Below, in pieces: positions 48,864-61,425 of a stretch of DNA of 64,000 nucleotides. A program made the position numbers and the translations under genes. The stretch's first letter is position 1; each line of letters begins with the position of its first letter. The notes below the pieces were generated by a model. That model saw only the letters and a list, made by a program, of their open reading frames with translations. It searched no databases and was not told the DNA's origin. This DNA is from Octopus sinensis (lineage: Eukaryota), in the NCBI RefSeq assembly GCF_006345805.1, contig NC_043022.1:9672001-9736000 (forward strand), written 5' to 3'.

Positions 48864-49182
48864 CTTTGTATGCTTCAATATATATATATATATATAATAT
48901 ATATATATATACACACACACACATATGCGTATGTATAATTTGTATATATCATCATTAGTTAGTGACTGTTTTCCATGTTGGCAATATATATGTGTGCATA
49001 TATAAAAAAATACAATTTTCAGGAACAATAGGGGTTTATTGACGTATAAGGCTGTAAATTTTTCCCATATCAAAAATTAACAAGCTGGAAAAAAGGTTAT
49101 TTTATAGTTCACAGTTAGTAACTGGGGTTGCTGTGTATTCGAATAAAAATCCAAATTTAGGGAATACAGCAGGTAAAATCCA

Positions 49183-49266
49183 GGCTACATATGTTTCATG
49201 GGTAGCAGAACCTTAGAAGTAGTAATTATGCATACGAGGGGTACTTGGCTAGCTACTCATCAGGCC
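49183..49266 (-). ncRNA. Hammerhead-like motif, copy 2 (tandem duplicate, +609 bp)
   Basis: Same sequence as 48574-48657, inside the 609-bp duplication. Confidence 0.5.
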
Positions 49267-49571
49267 GAATATACCTTGGTCAAATGAAGATTACATTGTT
49301 ATCAAAGGATCCCATATTAACTCACCAGAGATTTGGATTTTTATTCGCATATACAGAAACCCCAGTTGCTAACCACAAACCATGAAAAAACCTTTTTTCA
49401 GCTTATTTAACTCTTCAGATATGTGTGCATATCTCTATATGTATGTGTGTGTGTGTGTGTGTGTGTCTTTGTATGCTTCAATATATATATATAAAACATA
49501 CATGTATATGTGCGTGTCTATATATATATCTATAAATATGTCTATATATGTGTGTGTGTGTATATATATAA

Positions 49572-49606
<35 letters not shown>

Positions 49607-49617
49607 GATATATATAC

Positions 49618-49648
<31 letters not shown>

Positions 49649-49671
49649 CATACATACACATATATATATAC

Positions 49672-49702
<31 letters not shown>

Positions 49703-49829
49703 TACATACACATATATATATACATATATATATGTATATATATACACATATATACACACACATATATATATACATATATATATGTATATATATATATGTG
49801 TGTGTGTTATATATATATATATGTGTGTG

Positions 49830-49862
<33 letters not shown>

Positions 49863-49873
49863 ATATATATATA

Positions 49874-49904
<31 letters not shown>

Positions 49905-50887
49905 GTGTGTGTATATATTTTGCTTATATATTTCTTGTACACTGAATTTTTTCTGCAATGAGAGACTGCACGAAAAAAAAAAAGAATTAAATGGTAGGGG
50001 GATGGGGAAACGAATTTTTTTTTTATTTATTTATTTTGAAAATGGCTAAAATGATTTGCACCCTTTGCTTAATTTTCTTCGTATATTCATTCATCACCCT
50101 TTGCTTAACCTTAATCTGTCTGTACATTTTTAAGCTGACCAATGGAGCAATCCAGGCAAGTACTGTGATAACCACACTAGTTGGTTCAACCTAGGGTTCT
50201 ACTGAATCCTGCTTATGGATATGTTTTTGTAGTAGTAGTAGCTAGTTTATATGCATATACATACATATATACATACATATATGGGTATGAGACATTGTGG
50301 TACAGCTGTTTCGGTGCTATTTATTTGGTGTGTCATTGATTTAATGCTGACCCAGATGTTTTGTTATTTCTTTTGCTGGTTGATATTTCTTTCATTCATT
50401 CCTCCGTGCCTTCCTCCTCTCTCTCTGTCTTTAACTCTCTCTCTCTCTTTGACTATTTTTCTTTCTCCCTTTTTATGTGTGTGAGTATATTTCCGTTAAT
50501 GTGTTTGAAGAGAAAGGAAAGTGTTCATGTCAATCATGTTTAATATATAAATTGTGATGTCTCTCTTTGTCTGCCCCTCCTGCTTTCTCTCTCTCTCTGT
50601 CTCTCTCCCTGTTTATGTGTGTCATCATATTTCTCTTTATGCGTATGAGGAGAGGGATACTGTTCATGACAGTCATGCTCAGTCAATAAATTGTAATAAC
50701 TCACTTCTCCTCTCTCCCATTCCTTCCTTCTCTGTATGTGTATTTCTGTGCACATATGCATGTGAGTGTGTTTGCCTCCAGTGCTAAAAAATACTGCCAC
50801 CAAAAACAGGCTGAATATCCAATCAGCCATGCTAAATCTTTAGCATCCAAACAGCTGTATCAAGTTATCTCATTATATATATATATA

Positions 50888-50918
<31 letters not shown>

Positions 50919-53269
50919 GTATGTATATGTCTCATTATCTCTTCACCATCCATCCATCCTCTAAGACATGAATTCTTTGATTCAAGTAGCTAATGGAATT
51001 TCAATTCAAGTTGTTTTTCTTGTTTTTGTCTGTTTATGGTAATTTTTATCTATATACTTGAAATTTGGAATTAAGAAAAAAAAAAAAAATGATTGTGTAA
51101 CATCAAAAAACAGAAAAATGAAAATAATAATGGAGTAGAATAAAAACAAAACTCGGAAGAAATGAAATATGTAAATGCAGATTTTTTTAAAATATGTAAA
51201 TTTGTGATTGATAAAATTAAAATTTAAAATTTAAAATTATTTGGTTGTTATCATGTTACAATTATACAGAAGACATCTGCTATCTTGTCAAATAGGCCAG
51301 TCACTAATGCACATACACACATACATGTATATAATTACATACACACACACAGACATATGGTAATCAAGTCAAGCTGTCACATGGTTCCAAACCCCCAGTG
51401 CATCTCTGGGTGTAATTAGCTGAGTCTAATCCCTTTACAAGCATTAATGTCTGGTGTTTGGTTTAAAGACAACTTCCTCCCGCCTGCCTCAGGCATTGAA
51501 AAATTTTTAATTCATTGGCACTGCACTCCCCTCTTTTGCTTTTTGTTTGCAATTGTGAGTGTGACCACATTTAAGGTAGGGACCAATCAAAAGCCAATTA
51601 GAAATATATACATAGTGAAAATTAAAAAAAGAAAAAAGAAAAACAACCTAACATTAGCCTGTGACCAATTATGTATTATTTAAACATAAATTATCTAAGA
51701 GAGTGGCATGTATTTGAACATGTATTTGTAGGGATTGTCACCATCATTGTTTATCTACATTGTTTTTGAATTCTAAGGATGAGGTACAACCTTATTAGCA
51801 ACTTGTTCTCTAGCATTATAACTCAATATACACATAATGTGTAAATACAGGTCTGTCAAATACTGTACAAAAAATGTTTTTGGTTTATTAAAATTTTATC
51901 CACCTCTAGAAGATGTATTATAATTGCTAAGTGGCAATTAAGACCAGCGCCACTAGAAAAGTAGAGATATTCTGAAGATTTGAGGATTTCACCATGGAGA
52001 ATTTCTGCCATGGAGGAAGAGAACAGGTTTATTGTCTGGTGATAAGAGGACAGTTGGGTACACCTGTTTTTGGTACCATAGTCTTCATGAGCACAACAAT
52101 CATTCTAGCTTATAGTCTTAACTTATATCCAGTAGTCAAAGGCCTTAGACCATTACAAAATAAGCTGAATACATCTATGTCTTGGGTAATTTGTTTAATT
52201 TAAACGAAAATGAGCCAAGAGAAATAACTGAGAGTTGCTAGTAGTACGTATTTGAAGAACATAGACTAATGGTGGTGGCTGCCCCCTCGTTATCGAGTAT
52301 GGCCATTGCATGAAGCTTAATCAATGTTGTTATCGTGCAATGCCTGTGCAAGAAGATTTTTTTTTAAAGTGAGGAAAGGCTGTGCACTGAGTCAATCCCA
52401 CTCACTAAGCAACCGCAGCCATAATCCGAAAAGAAGAACAAGTCAACATCATCGGTAACCACTGAGCCGCAGGTTTTATGTCTGAGTTATCCCAGTTACT
52501 TGAGTTACCTTCTCATAGTAGGATGCCCTAACAAAGGCTAGGAGTCCTTCAATCCCAATGGTTTAACCGCGCAATCGGGTATTCTGTCCGATTATTTCTA
52601 TGTCCCCGCGCATGATACAGCCCTAAGACATTTATTGGTTGGCCGTTGACTCTCAAGAGTTCCTTTGCCCTTTGACAGGTTTTGTTTTTCATCCCACAGG
52701 GTATCCAATAAACACTTTCATCACCAAGCACGCTTGGTTGGGTTGCCGGTTTAGTCACCGACGACCCGACCATGCAACAGGTTGTACTGGGTTACATGTT
52801 AACAGTAGCACTCGAAAGTGACCTGACATAGACATAGACAAATACAGGCATATCAAACACCATAAAACCTAAATTTTTGATTCATTAAATTATGTGTACC
52901 TCTAGAAGATGTATCATAACTGCCAAATAGCAATTAAGATGAGCTCCATTTAACGAAGGGGGAATTCTCTAAAACTGACATTCCATGAAGGAACAGGATA
53001 TGTTTATTATCAGGAGATAAGAGGACAGTCATGAACATGTGATTCTGGTTCAATGACCATCATCAGCATGACAATTTTCTGTCCCTGTCTTCAGTAGCCA
53101 CAAGACATAGACTTATACAAAGCAACTATGAGAGAGAACTCTGGTCAGGTTTCAATGTTATTCTAACCTCATTGATTAGACCTCACTGTACTTACTAGAC
53201 TAGTGACGAGGGAATCGTTACATAAAAGGACAAGGTTCTACATTTTTTGGTGTTGCTTAGATTACATTA

Positions 53270-53620
53270 CTCTGCAAGAAGCACTCGGCTGGTTTCCTGG
53301 TTTCTCTGGTCTATATATTCCTCCCTGGATGGAATGCAGGTCTGTCGTAGGGTCACTCATTTTTACCAGCTGAGCGGACTGGAGCAACGTGAAATGAAGT
53401 GTTTTGCTCAAGAACACAACACGTCATCCAGTCCTGGAATTGAAACCATGATGTTTCCATCATGAGTCCAACACCCTAAATACTCATTTTTGCCAGCTGA
53501 GTGGAGTGCAGGAATGTGAAATGAAGTGTTTTGCACAAGAACACAATGCATCACCTGATCCAGGAATTGAAACCACAATCTTATGATCATGAATCCAATA
53601 CCCTAACCACTAAACCATGC
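53270..53620 (-). mobile_element. SINE family D with tandemly duplicated head
   Basis: The segment cagctgagyggactggagcaacgtgaaatgaagtgttttgc..aagaacacaa...ggaattgaaacca occurs twice. Confidence 0.6.
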
Positions 53621-54369
53621 ATTTGCACATGTATTGGTGTAGAAATCTAGAATTGTTTAGAGAGAAAAGAAAAAAAAAAGGAGGAAAGAAATACTTCAGA
53701 AATGCCATTGGCATCAAAAGAAATCATTGGAGAATGTTGCTTTAATACATGTTTCTAAATAATCTAAATTTTTTATTTATCTGTTTTTTGGAACAGTGAA
53801 TCTTGGAGCGCATAAAGCTATAAATAACAACATGTAAGTATTGGGTTCAGAATCCCCTTTTGGACAGATAAAGTCAAATGGAGATGTGGGTTTGAGTCAC
53901 ATTGTCAGCTTTTGAGTTTTTCTATCCAAAAGGTCTTCCCACCCAGTATTTACAGGTTGTTTGTTGTTATTCATATTTTTGCTGTGCTTCAAGTTCCACT
54001 GTTTTAAAAGAAAGAAGAAAAAAAAGACGTGCTTCTTGATTAACCATGAATCTCTGTTAGACATTTCTACTGAAAATCTCAACTAAACAACCATTTCTGA
54101 GCTGAAATTGTGTCATCATAATGGTTTTTTAAAAGAAAAATTTTTTAAATCAGTTATTTGAGTTGGTAATTCAGTTTTGGTTTAAAAGAAGAAGAAAAAC
54201 ATTTTTTTTTTATTTAAATTCAATCTCTTCTTGTATTTTTATATCCATTCTGATTTGATCTATCAAAAATAAATGGAAATTTTTGATGAATCTTGTTTTA
54301 TCAGCCAAAAGTTTTACGAAGTTAAAAATTTCAAAGAATGAACAAATGAAAATGTTACACAAAAGTATA

Positions 54370-54400
<31 letters not shown>

Positions 54401-54733
54401 GAATAGGGTAAAAATATTCACAGACAAAAAAATTTTTTTTTTAAACTTGAATTAAAATTCCTGATTACAATTTATTTTAGTCTTGCACAATGCATTTGCT
54501 TTTTCTTTCATTTCTTTTTCCTTTTTTTTATTCTCATCTCTGTTTCCATTTAAAGACAAAATGACAAGGAGAAAAAAGAATCCAAAAAACAAAGAAAGAC
54601 AACTAAAAAAAAATTTCTATTCGTTTCTATATTTATTTCTCCCTCATCTTTTTGTTCACTTGCAGCCTGATGCATGTTTATTTAGGTTATTATCTTTGTT
54701 GGCAGTTTCTTTTCTCCTCACTGTTCAGTCAGC

Positions 54734-54777
<44 letters not shown>

Positions 54778-55208
54778 TGTGTAATCAGTGTCTATATTGC
54801 CTACTTGTGTCATCATTTTCCATGCTGTTATACAGCACAGTGGGGCCAAAACCCCTGTAGTTGCAAAAGGAACTTTGTAATCACACACCTATGCTTGCAT
54901 CCAATAGTTTTTTCGTTTCTTTTCTTTTTTCTCTCTTCTGGTGTGCACTGCAGACAATTCAAGACATGTTTTAGTTTTATTCTGAGCTCATCAGCAAATA
55001 CTGTTATATAACATCAAATGACTTCTTGGATAATTTCAGCAATATGTGTACACACACACACAGACACACACATGTATATTGTACATTTGCATGGAGTTCT
55101 TATGAACTTTCATTACGATAGTTTTTGTAAATTGATCAGAGTTTAGAGCAAGTCTTTTTTTTGGGGGGATTGGGATCATTGCCCGTACTTTACAAGGACC
55201 CAAGTATT

Positions 55209-55600
55209 GCATGGATGGAAGCACTCCATCAGTTACGACGACGAGGGTTCCGGTTGATCCGATCAACGGAACAGCCTGCTTGTGAAATTAACGTGCAAGT
55301 GGCTGAGCATTCCACAGACACGTGTACCCTTAACGTAGTTCTCGGGGATATTCAGCGTGACACAGAGAGTGACAAGGCCGGCCCTTTGAAATACAGGTAC
55401 AACAGAAACAGGAAGAAAGAGTGAGAGAAAGTTGTGGTGAAAGAGTACAGCAGGGATCACCACCATCCCCTGCTGGAGCCTCGTGGAGCTTTAGGTGTTT
55501 TAGCTCAATAAACACTCACAATGCCCGGTCTGGGAATTGAAACCGCGATCCTACGACCGCGAGTCCGCTGCCCTAACCACTGGGCCATTGCACCTCCACT
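55209..55600 (-). mobile_element. tRNA-derived SINE family C2 with 11-bp TSD
   Basis: A box TGGCCCAGTGGTTAG, B box GGTTTCAATTCC; ACCCAAGTATT at 55198-55208 and 55601-55611. Confidence 0.82.
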
Positions 55601-56139
55601 ACCCAAGTATTAATAGATACTGAAAATCCACGACCAGATGTGATTTGTAACTTACTCCTAGTTGCAAAATTAATTTAAAGAAAATATTATGATATAATAG
55701 GGAGCGTGGGTGTGTAATGTGAAGATGGTGTATAGTGTGAATAGAAAAATATACATCTACAAAATGCATTTATGTAATATAAAATAAAGTGTATATAAGA
55801 AAATTAAATCTTTTGTTATCATGTTTGTGTTGAAAATCTCTTTGTTAAAATTAATAATGAAAATAAAGTAGAATTTATTACAATAATTTTGTCTTTGTTA
55901 AGCTGGTATTTGGAACATAGATTAATATAGAATTTTGGTGGAAGGCTTAAATTTGGATCACTTCAACTATTTTGTTACCATATTTCTGTTGAAATGCACT
56001 GCTTTTGTTATAATTAATTCTGGAGGTTTTCATTTAGATCACTTTAGTAGAAGAATACCGCCTTTGTTCTAATTGATTTTGAAAATAATGAAAAATTTAG
56101 TAATATAACTTAGCAATCATTTTGTTCATCTTTATATTC

Positions 56140-57497
56140 ATCATCATTCATCATTGTTTAGCGTCTGTTTTCCATGCTGGCATGGGTTGGGTGGTTTGAC
56201 TGTGATCTTGGTAGCCAAGAAGCTGCACCAGGCTCCAGTCTGATCTGGCAATGTTTCTACAGCAGGATGCCCTTCGTAATGCCAACCACTCAGAGAGTGA
56301 AGTGGGTGCTTTTTATGTGCCACCGGCACAGGACCAGAGAGGGCTGGCAACAACCACGATCAGTTGGTGCTTTTTACGTGCCACTGGCACAGAAGCCAGT
56401 CAAGGTGGCTCTGGCATCGACCATGTTCAAACGGTGCTTTGTACATGCCACTGGCATGGGGATCACCACTACAATTTCCATTTGATTTTGATGTACTTGA
56501 CTCAATAGGTCTCCTGAAGCACGGCATGTCACCCTACGATCCAAGGTACTTTGGAGTGGGCTAGTTATGCGACACTGATGTAGGTTACAGCTGTGAACTC
56601 ACTTTATTTTCCAGGTCTTTACAGTCACAGCATACCTCCAGAGGTCTCGGTCTTTTGTCATTGCCTCTGTGAAGCCCAACGTTCGAAGGTCATGCTTCAC
56701 TACCTCATCCCATGTCTTCCTAGGTCTCCTTCTACTCCAGATTCCTTCCACTCTTTGGGAGTGGCACTTCTTCAATTAGCTGTCCTCAGCCATCCATAGT
56801 ACATGACCATACCAATGCAAACGTCTCTCTTGCACACCACATCTGATGCTTCTTAGGTTTAACATTTCTCTCAGGGCGCTTACATTCTGTCGTGTGTGCA
56901 CACTGACATTACACATCTAGCAGATCATGCTAGCTTCATTTCTTTCGAGCCTACGCATGTCTTCAGCAGTCATGGCCCATGTTTCACGGCCGTGAAGCTT
57001 GGAAGTTCACACACACGCATCGTACAATCTACCTTTCACTCTGAGCAAGAGGCTCTTTGTCACCAGTAGGAGTAGAAGCTTTCTGAACTTTGCTCAGGTT
57101 GTTCTTATTCTAGTGGTAACACTCTCTGAGCATCCACCCCCACCACAGACTTGCTCACCTAGGTAGCGAAAGCTATCAATTACTTCTAGTTTCTTCCCCT
57201 GGCATGTGATGGAATCTGTTTTCTGAGCATCTGTGGTGTTTATTGCCCCTGTGCATCTGCTGCACATGAAAGCTATCTTCCTGGTTAATCTCCCTTTGAT
57301 GTTGCTGCACCTCTTATGTGTCCATAGCTTACACTGGGTACATCTTCTGGAGTCTCTACCTACACCTTTTCTACAGATCGAGCAGGGCCACCTACCTGAA
57401 GGGGTGTGTGATGTGTTCGCTTTCCTACTTACTAGAACTTTGGTCTTTGCAACATTGACTCTAAGGCTCTTCGATTCTAAACCTTGCTTCCACACCT
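56140..57497 (-). mobile_element. 5'-truncated RTE-clade LINE (ORF2 C-terminal part, 3' UTR, (GAT)n tail)
   Basis: Minus strand ORF ...LRVNVAKTKVL...WPCSICRKGVG...CTQCKLWTHKRCS...FMCSRC...LEVIDSFRYLG..., continuing through in-frame stops to WYGHVL...RPRKTW...DRDLWR. Followed by a 3' UTR with GGxxTTAxGAAGGGCATCC and a GAT tail. Confidence 0.85.
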
Positions 57498-58890
57498 GAA
57501 ATTTCTTGTGTGTTCAAATTCCACTGAGATCAACTTTGCTTTTCATCTTTTTTGGTATGCAAAGGTAGTACTGGGGGTCTGTGAGCAAAATTCAAAATTT
57601 CATATATATATAAGAATAAGCACATTAAAAGGGGCCTGTGGGAAAAATCATTTCTGTAAAAGGGTTGGGAACCACTGTCAGGAACCACTGTGAAAAAGTT
57701 GGGAACCACTGGCTTAGCAGCTATTTGTTTGTCTTTATATTCCGACTTCAGTTTCTGCTGAGATTGACTTTGTAAGTAATAACGTGTTAATATTGGGGTT
57801 TAAAAAAACACCCCTTGTAGATAAGAAAAGTCGAAGGTTGCCGTTTTTGTATCCAGTGACTTTTTAGATCCAATATTTACATGCTGCCGAATGGCAAACT
57901 GGCAGAATTGTCAGCCTACTGGGCAAAATTCTTTGTGGCATTTCGTCTGTCTTTATGTTCTGAGTTCAAATTCTGCCGAAGTCGATTTTTCTTTTCATCC
58001 CTTTTGGGGGTCATTACAATAAATAACAGTTGAGCACTGGTGTGAATGTAATCAATTTACCCCGCTCCCCTGAACTTGGCTGGCCTTGTGCCAAAATTTG
58101 AAACTAATATTTGCTGGTGTTTTAGGTCACACCCAGTGTCATTTAAATTTCTTACTCAAAACTGTAACGGAAGGTTTTAATTAAATACGAACATTTTAAA
58201 TAAAATCGAGATGTTATTGAGCTGGTTGGTTGGTTAGCTGGTTGCATGGTACAAAGGCAGTTGCTGGTGGGTTAGTATTAAATATTTTGTATTATATTTT
58301 CTAGCTTTTTTTTCAAAGCATGTATTTATATATCCTTTAGGAACATAAGGAATTTCTAAGGATTTGGAAAAAAAAATTGTGTTGATAATTTTGTTTGCAT
58401 TTATATGGGTAGGCTCTATAGGAATTTTCATTCTTTTCATTCCCAAGAATGGCAAATCATTGTATTGTTTATTTTTCTTTCTCAAAAATCCACAAAATGG
58501 TAAGTATGATATTTCTTCAGTGATCACATTTCACTTTTCAACAATATTCTCCTCCAAACGTTATCAGTAAATATTTTTTCTAAGAAGATGTAAAATGGAA
58601 GAACACAGGTAGACACACACACACGTATAGAAGAATATTCTTTATTTGAAGCATAACAGAATACGAGAAAGCTATAAGCAATGTAAATTGAACATTAACT
58701 CACAACAACGAATTACTGAAACAATTTCTAAGAAATAGGTATTTAGTTCTGATATTTCAGGTGAAATATCCCTTTAACTCTTTGCCTGTCTGCTGTATCA
58801 CATGTGAGACATGGGATATAGTTCCCTGAAGTCCATGCATCATATATATCATCATCATCATCATCTTCATCATCATTTAACATCTGTTTT

Positions 58891-61425
58891 CCATGCTGGT
58901 ATGGGCTGGACAGTTTGACAGGAGCTGACCAACTGAAGAGCTGCCCGGACTCCATTTCTGTTCTGGCATGGGCTGGACAGTTTGACAGGAGCTGACCAAC
59001 TGAAGAGCTGCCTGGAATCCATTTCTGTTCTGGCATGGGCTGGACAGTTTGACAGGAGTTGACCAATTGAAGAGCTGCTCGGACTCCATTTCTGTTCTGG
59101 CATGGGCTGGACAGTTTGACAGGAGCTGACCAACTGAAGAGCTGCCTGGAATCCATTTCTGTTCTGGCATGGGCTGGACAGTTTGACAGGAGCTGACCAA
59201 TTGAAGAGCTGCCCAGACTCCATTTCTGTTCTGGCATGGCTGGACAGTTTGACAGGAGTTGACCAATTGAAGAGCTGCCCGGACTCCATTTCTTGTTCTG
59301 GCATGGGCTGGACGTTTGACAGGAGCTGACCAACTGAAGAGCTGCCCTGACTCCATTTCTGTTCTGGCATGGGCTGGACAGTTTGACAGGAGCTGACCAA
59401 TTGAAGAGCTGCCCGGACTCCATTTCTGTTCTGGCATGGCTGGACAGTTTGACAGGAGCTGACCAATTGAAGTGCTGCCCAGACTCCATTTCTGTTCTGG
59501 CATGGGCTGGACAGTTTGACAGGAGTTGACCAATTGAAGAGCTGCTCGGACTCCATTTCTGTTCTGGCATGGGCTGGACAGTTGACAGGAGCTGACCAAC
59601 TGAAGAGCTGCCTGGAATCCATTTCTGTTCTGGCATGGGCTGGACAGTTTGACAGGAGTTGACCAATTGAAGAGCTGCTCGGACTCCATTTCTGTTCTGG
59701 CATGGGCTGGACAGTTTGACAGGAGCTGACCAACTGAAGAGCTGCCTGGAATCCATTTCTGTTCTGGCATGGGCTGGACAGTTTGACAGGAGCTGACCAA
59801 TTGAAGAGCTGCCCAGACTCCATTTCTGTTCTGGCATGGGCTGGACAGTTTGACAGGAGTTGACCAATTGAAGAGCTGCCCGGACTCCATTTCTGTTCTG
59901 GCATGGGCTGGACAGTTTGACAGGAGCTGACCAACTGAAGAGCTGCCCAGACTCCATTTCTGTTCTGGCATGGGCTGGACAGTTTGACAGGAGCTGACCA
60001 ATTGAAGAGCTGCCCGGACTCCATTTCTGTTCTGGCATGGGCTGGACAGTTTGACAGGAGCTGACCAATTGAAGTGCTGCCCAGACTCCATTTCTGTTCT
60101 GGCATGGGCTGGACAGTTTGACAGGAGTTGACCAATTGAAGAGCTGCTCGGACTCCATTTCTGTTCTGGCATGGGATGGACAGTTTGACAGGAGCTGACC
60201 AACTGAAGAGCTGCCTGGAATCCATTTCTGTTCTGGCATGGGCTGGACAGTTTGACAGGAGTTGACCAATTGAAGAGCTGCTCGGACTCCATTTCTGTTC
60301 TGGCATGGGCTGGACAGTTTGACAGGAGCTGACCAACTGAAGAGCTGCCTGGAATCCATTTCTGTTCTGGCATGGGCTGGACAGTTTGACAGGAGTTGAC
60401 CAATTGAAGAGCTGCTCGGACTCCATTTCTGTTCTGGCATGGGCTGGACAGTTTGACAGGAGTTGACCAATTGAAGAGCTGCCCGGTCTCCATTTCTGTT
60501 CTGGCATGGGATGGACAGTTTGACAGGAGCTGACCAACTGAAGAGCTGCTCGGACTCCATTTCTGTTCTGGCATGGGCTGGACTTTGACAGGAGCTGACC
60601 AACTGAAGAGCTGCCTGGACTCCATTTCTGTTCTGGCATGGGCTGGACAGTTTGACAGGAGTTGACCAATTGAAGAGCTGCCCGGACTCCATTTCTGTTC
60701 TGGCATGGGCTGGACAGTTTGACAGGAGCTGACCAACTGAAGAGCTGCCTGGAATCCATTTCTGTTCTGGCATGGGCTGGACAGTTTGACAGGAGCTGAC
60801 CAATTGAAGAGCTGCCCAGACTCCATTTCTGTTCTGGCATGGGCTGGACAGTTTGACAGGAGTTGACCAATTGAAGAGCTGCTCGGACTCCATTTCTGTT
60901 CTGGCATGGGCTGGACAGTTTGACAGGAGCTGACCAACTGAAGAGCTGCCTGGAATCCATTTCTGTTCTGGCATGGGCTGGACAGTTTGACAGGAGTTGA
61001 CCAATTGAAGAGCTGCTCGGACTCCATTTCTGTTCTGGCATGGGCTGGACAGTTTGACAGGAGTTGACCAATTGAAGAGCTGCCCGGACTCCATTTCTGT
61101 TCTGGCATGGGATGGACAGTTTGACAGGAGCTGACCAACTGAAGAGCTGCTCCGACTCCATTTCTGTTCTGGCATGGGCTGGACAGTTTGACAGGAGTTG
61201 ACCAATTGAAGAGCTGCTCCGACTCCATTTCTGTTCTGGCATGGGCTGGACAGTTTGACAGGAGTTGACCAATTGAAGAGCTGCCCGGACTCCATTTCTG
61301 TTCTGGCATGGGCTGGACAGTTTGACAGGAGTTGACCAATTGAAGAGCTGCCCGGACTCCATTTCTGTTCTGGCATGGGCTGGACAGTTTGACAGGAGCT
61401 GACCAACTGAAGAGCTGCCTGGACT
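58891..61425. repeat. 67-bp tandem array, ~38 highly similar units
   Basis: Unit CCATTTCTGTTCTGGCATGGGCTGGACAGTTTGACAGGAGYTGACCAAYTGAAGAGCTGCYYRGAMT; period measured from starts at 58952 and 59019. Confidence 0.97.

Larger units (their letters stand above)
48301..49474. repeat. Recent 609-bp tandem duplication
   Basis: Near-identical copies offset by 609 bp, with breakpoints in (TA)/(CA) microsatellites. Confidence 0.9.

Noticed and set aside
52700-52815. Possible HDV-like ribozyme at a retroelement-like 5' end (also 10480-10560)
   Set aside because: Some P2/P3/J4-2-like pieces can be drawn, but no P1 5' strand or L3 consensus was found by eye; it needs a covariance-model search.
44965-61425. 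CRISPR-like appearance of the 28-bp and 67-bp arrays
   Set aside because: Repeats are contiguous with no unique spacers, no cas genes are present, and the context is eukaryotic.
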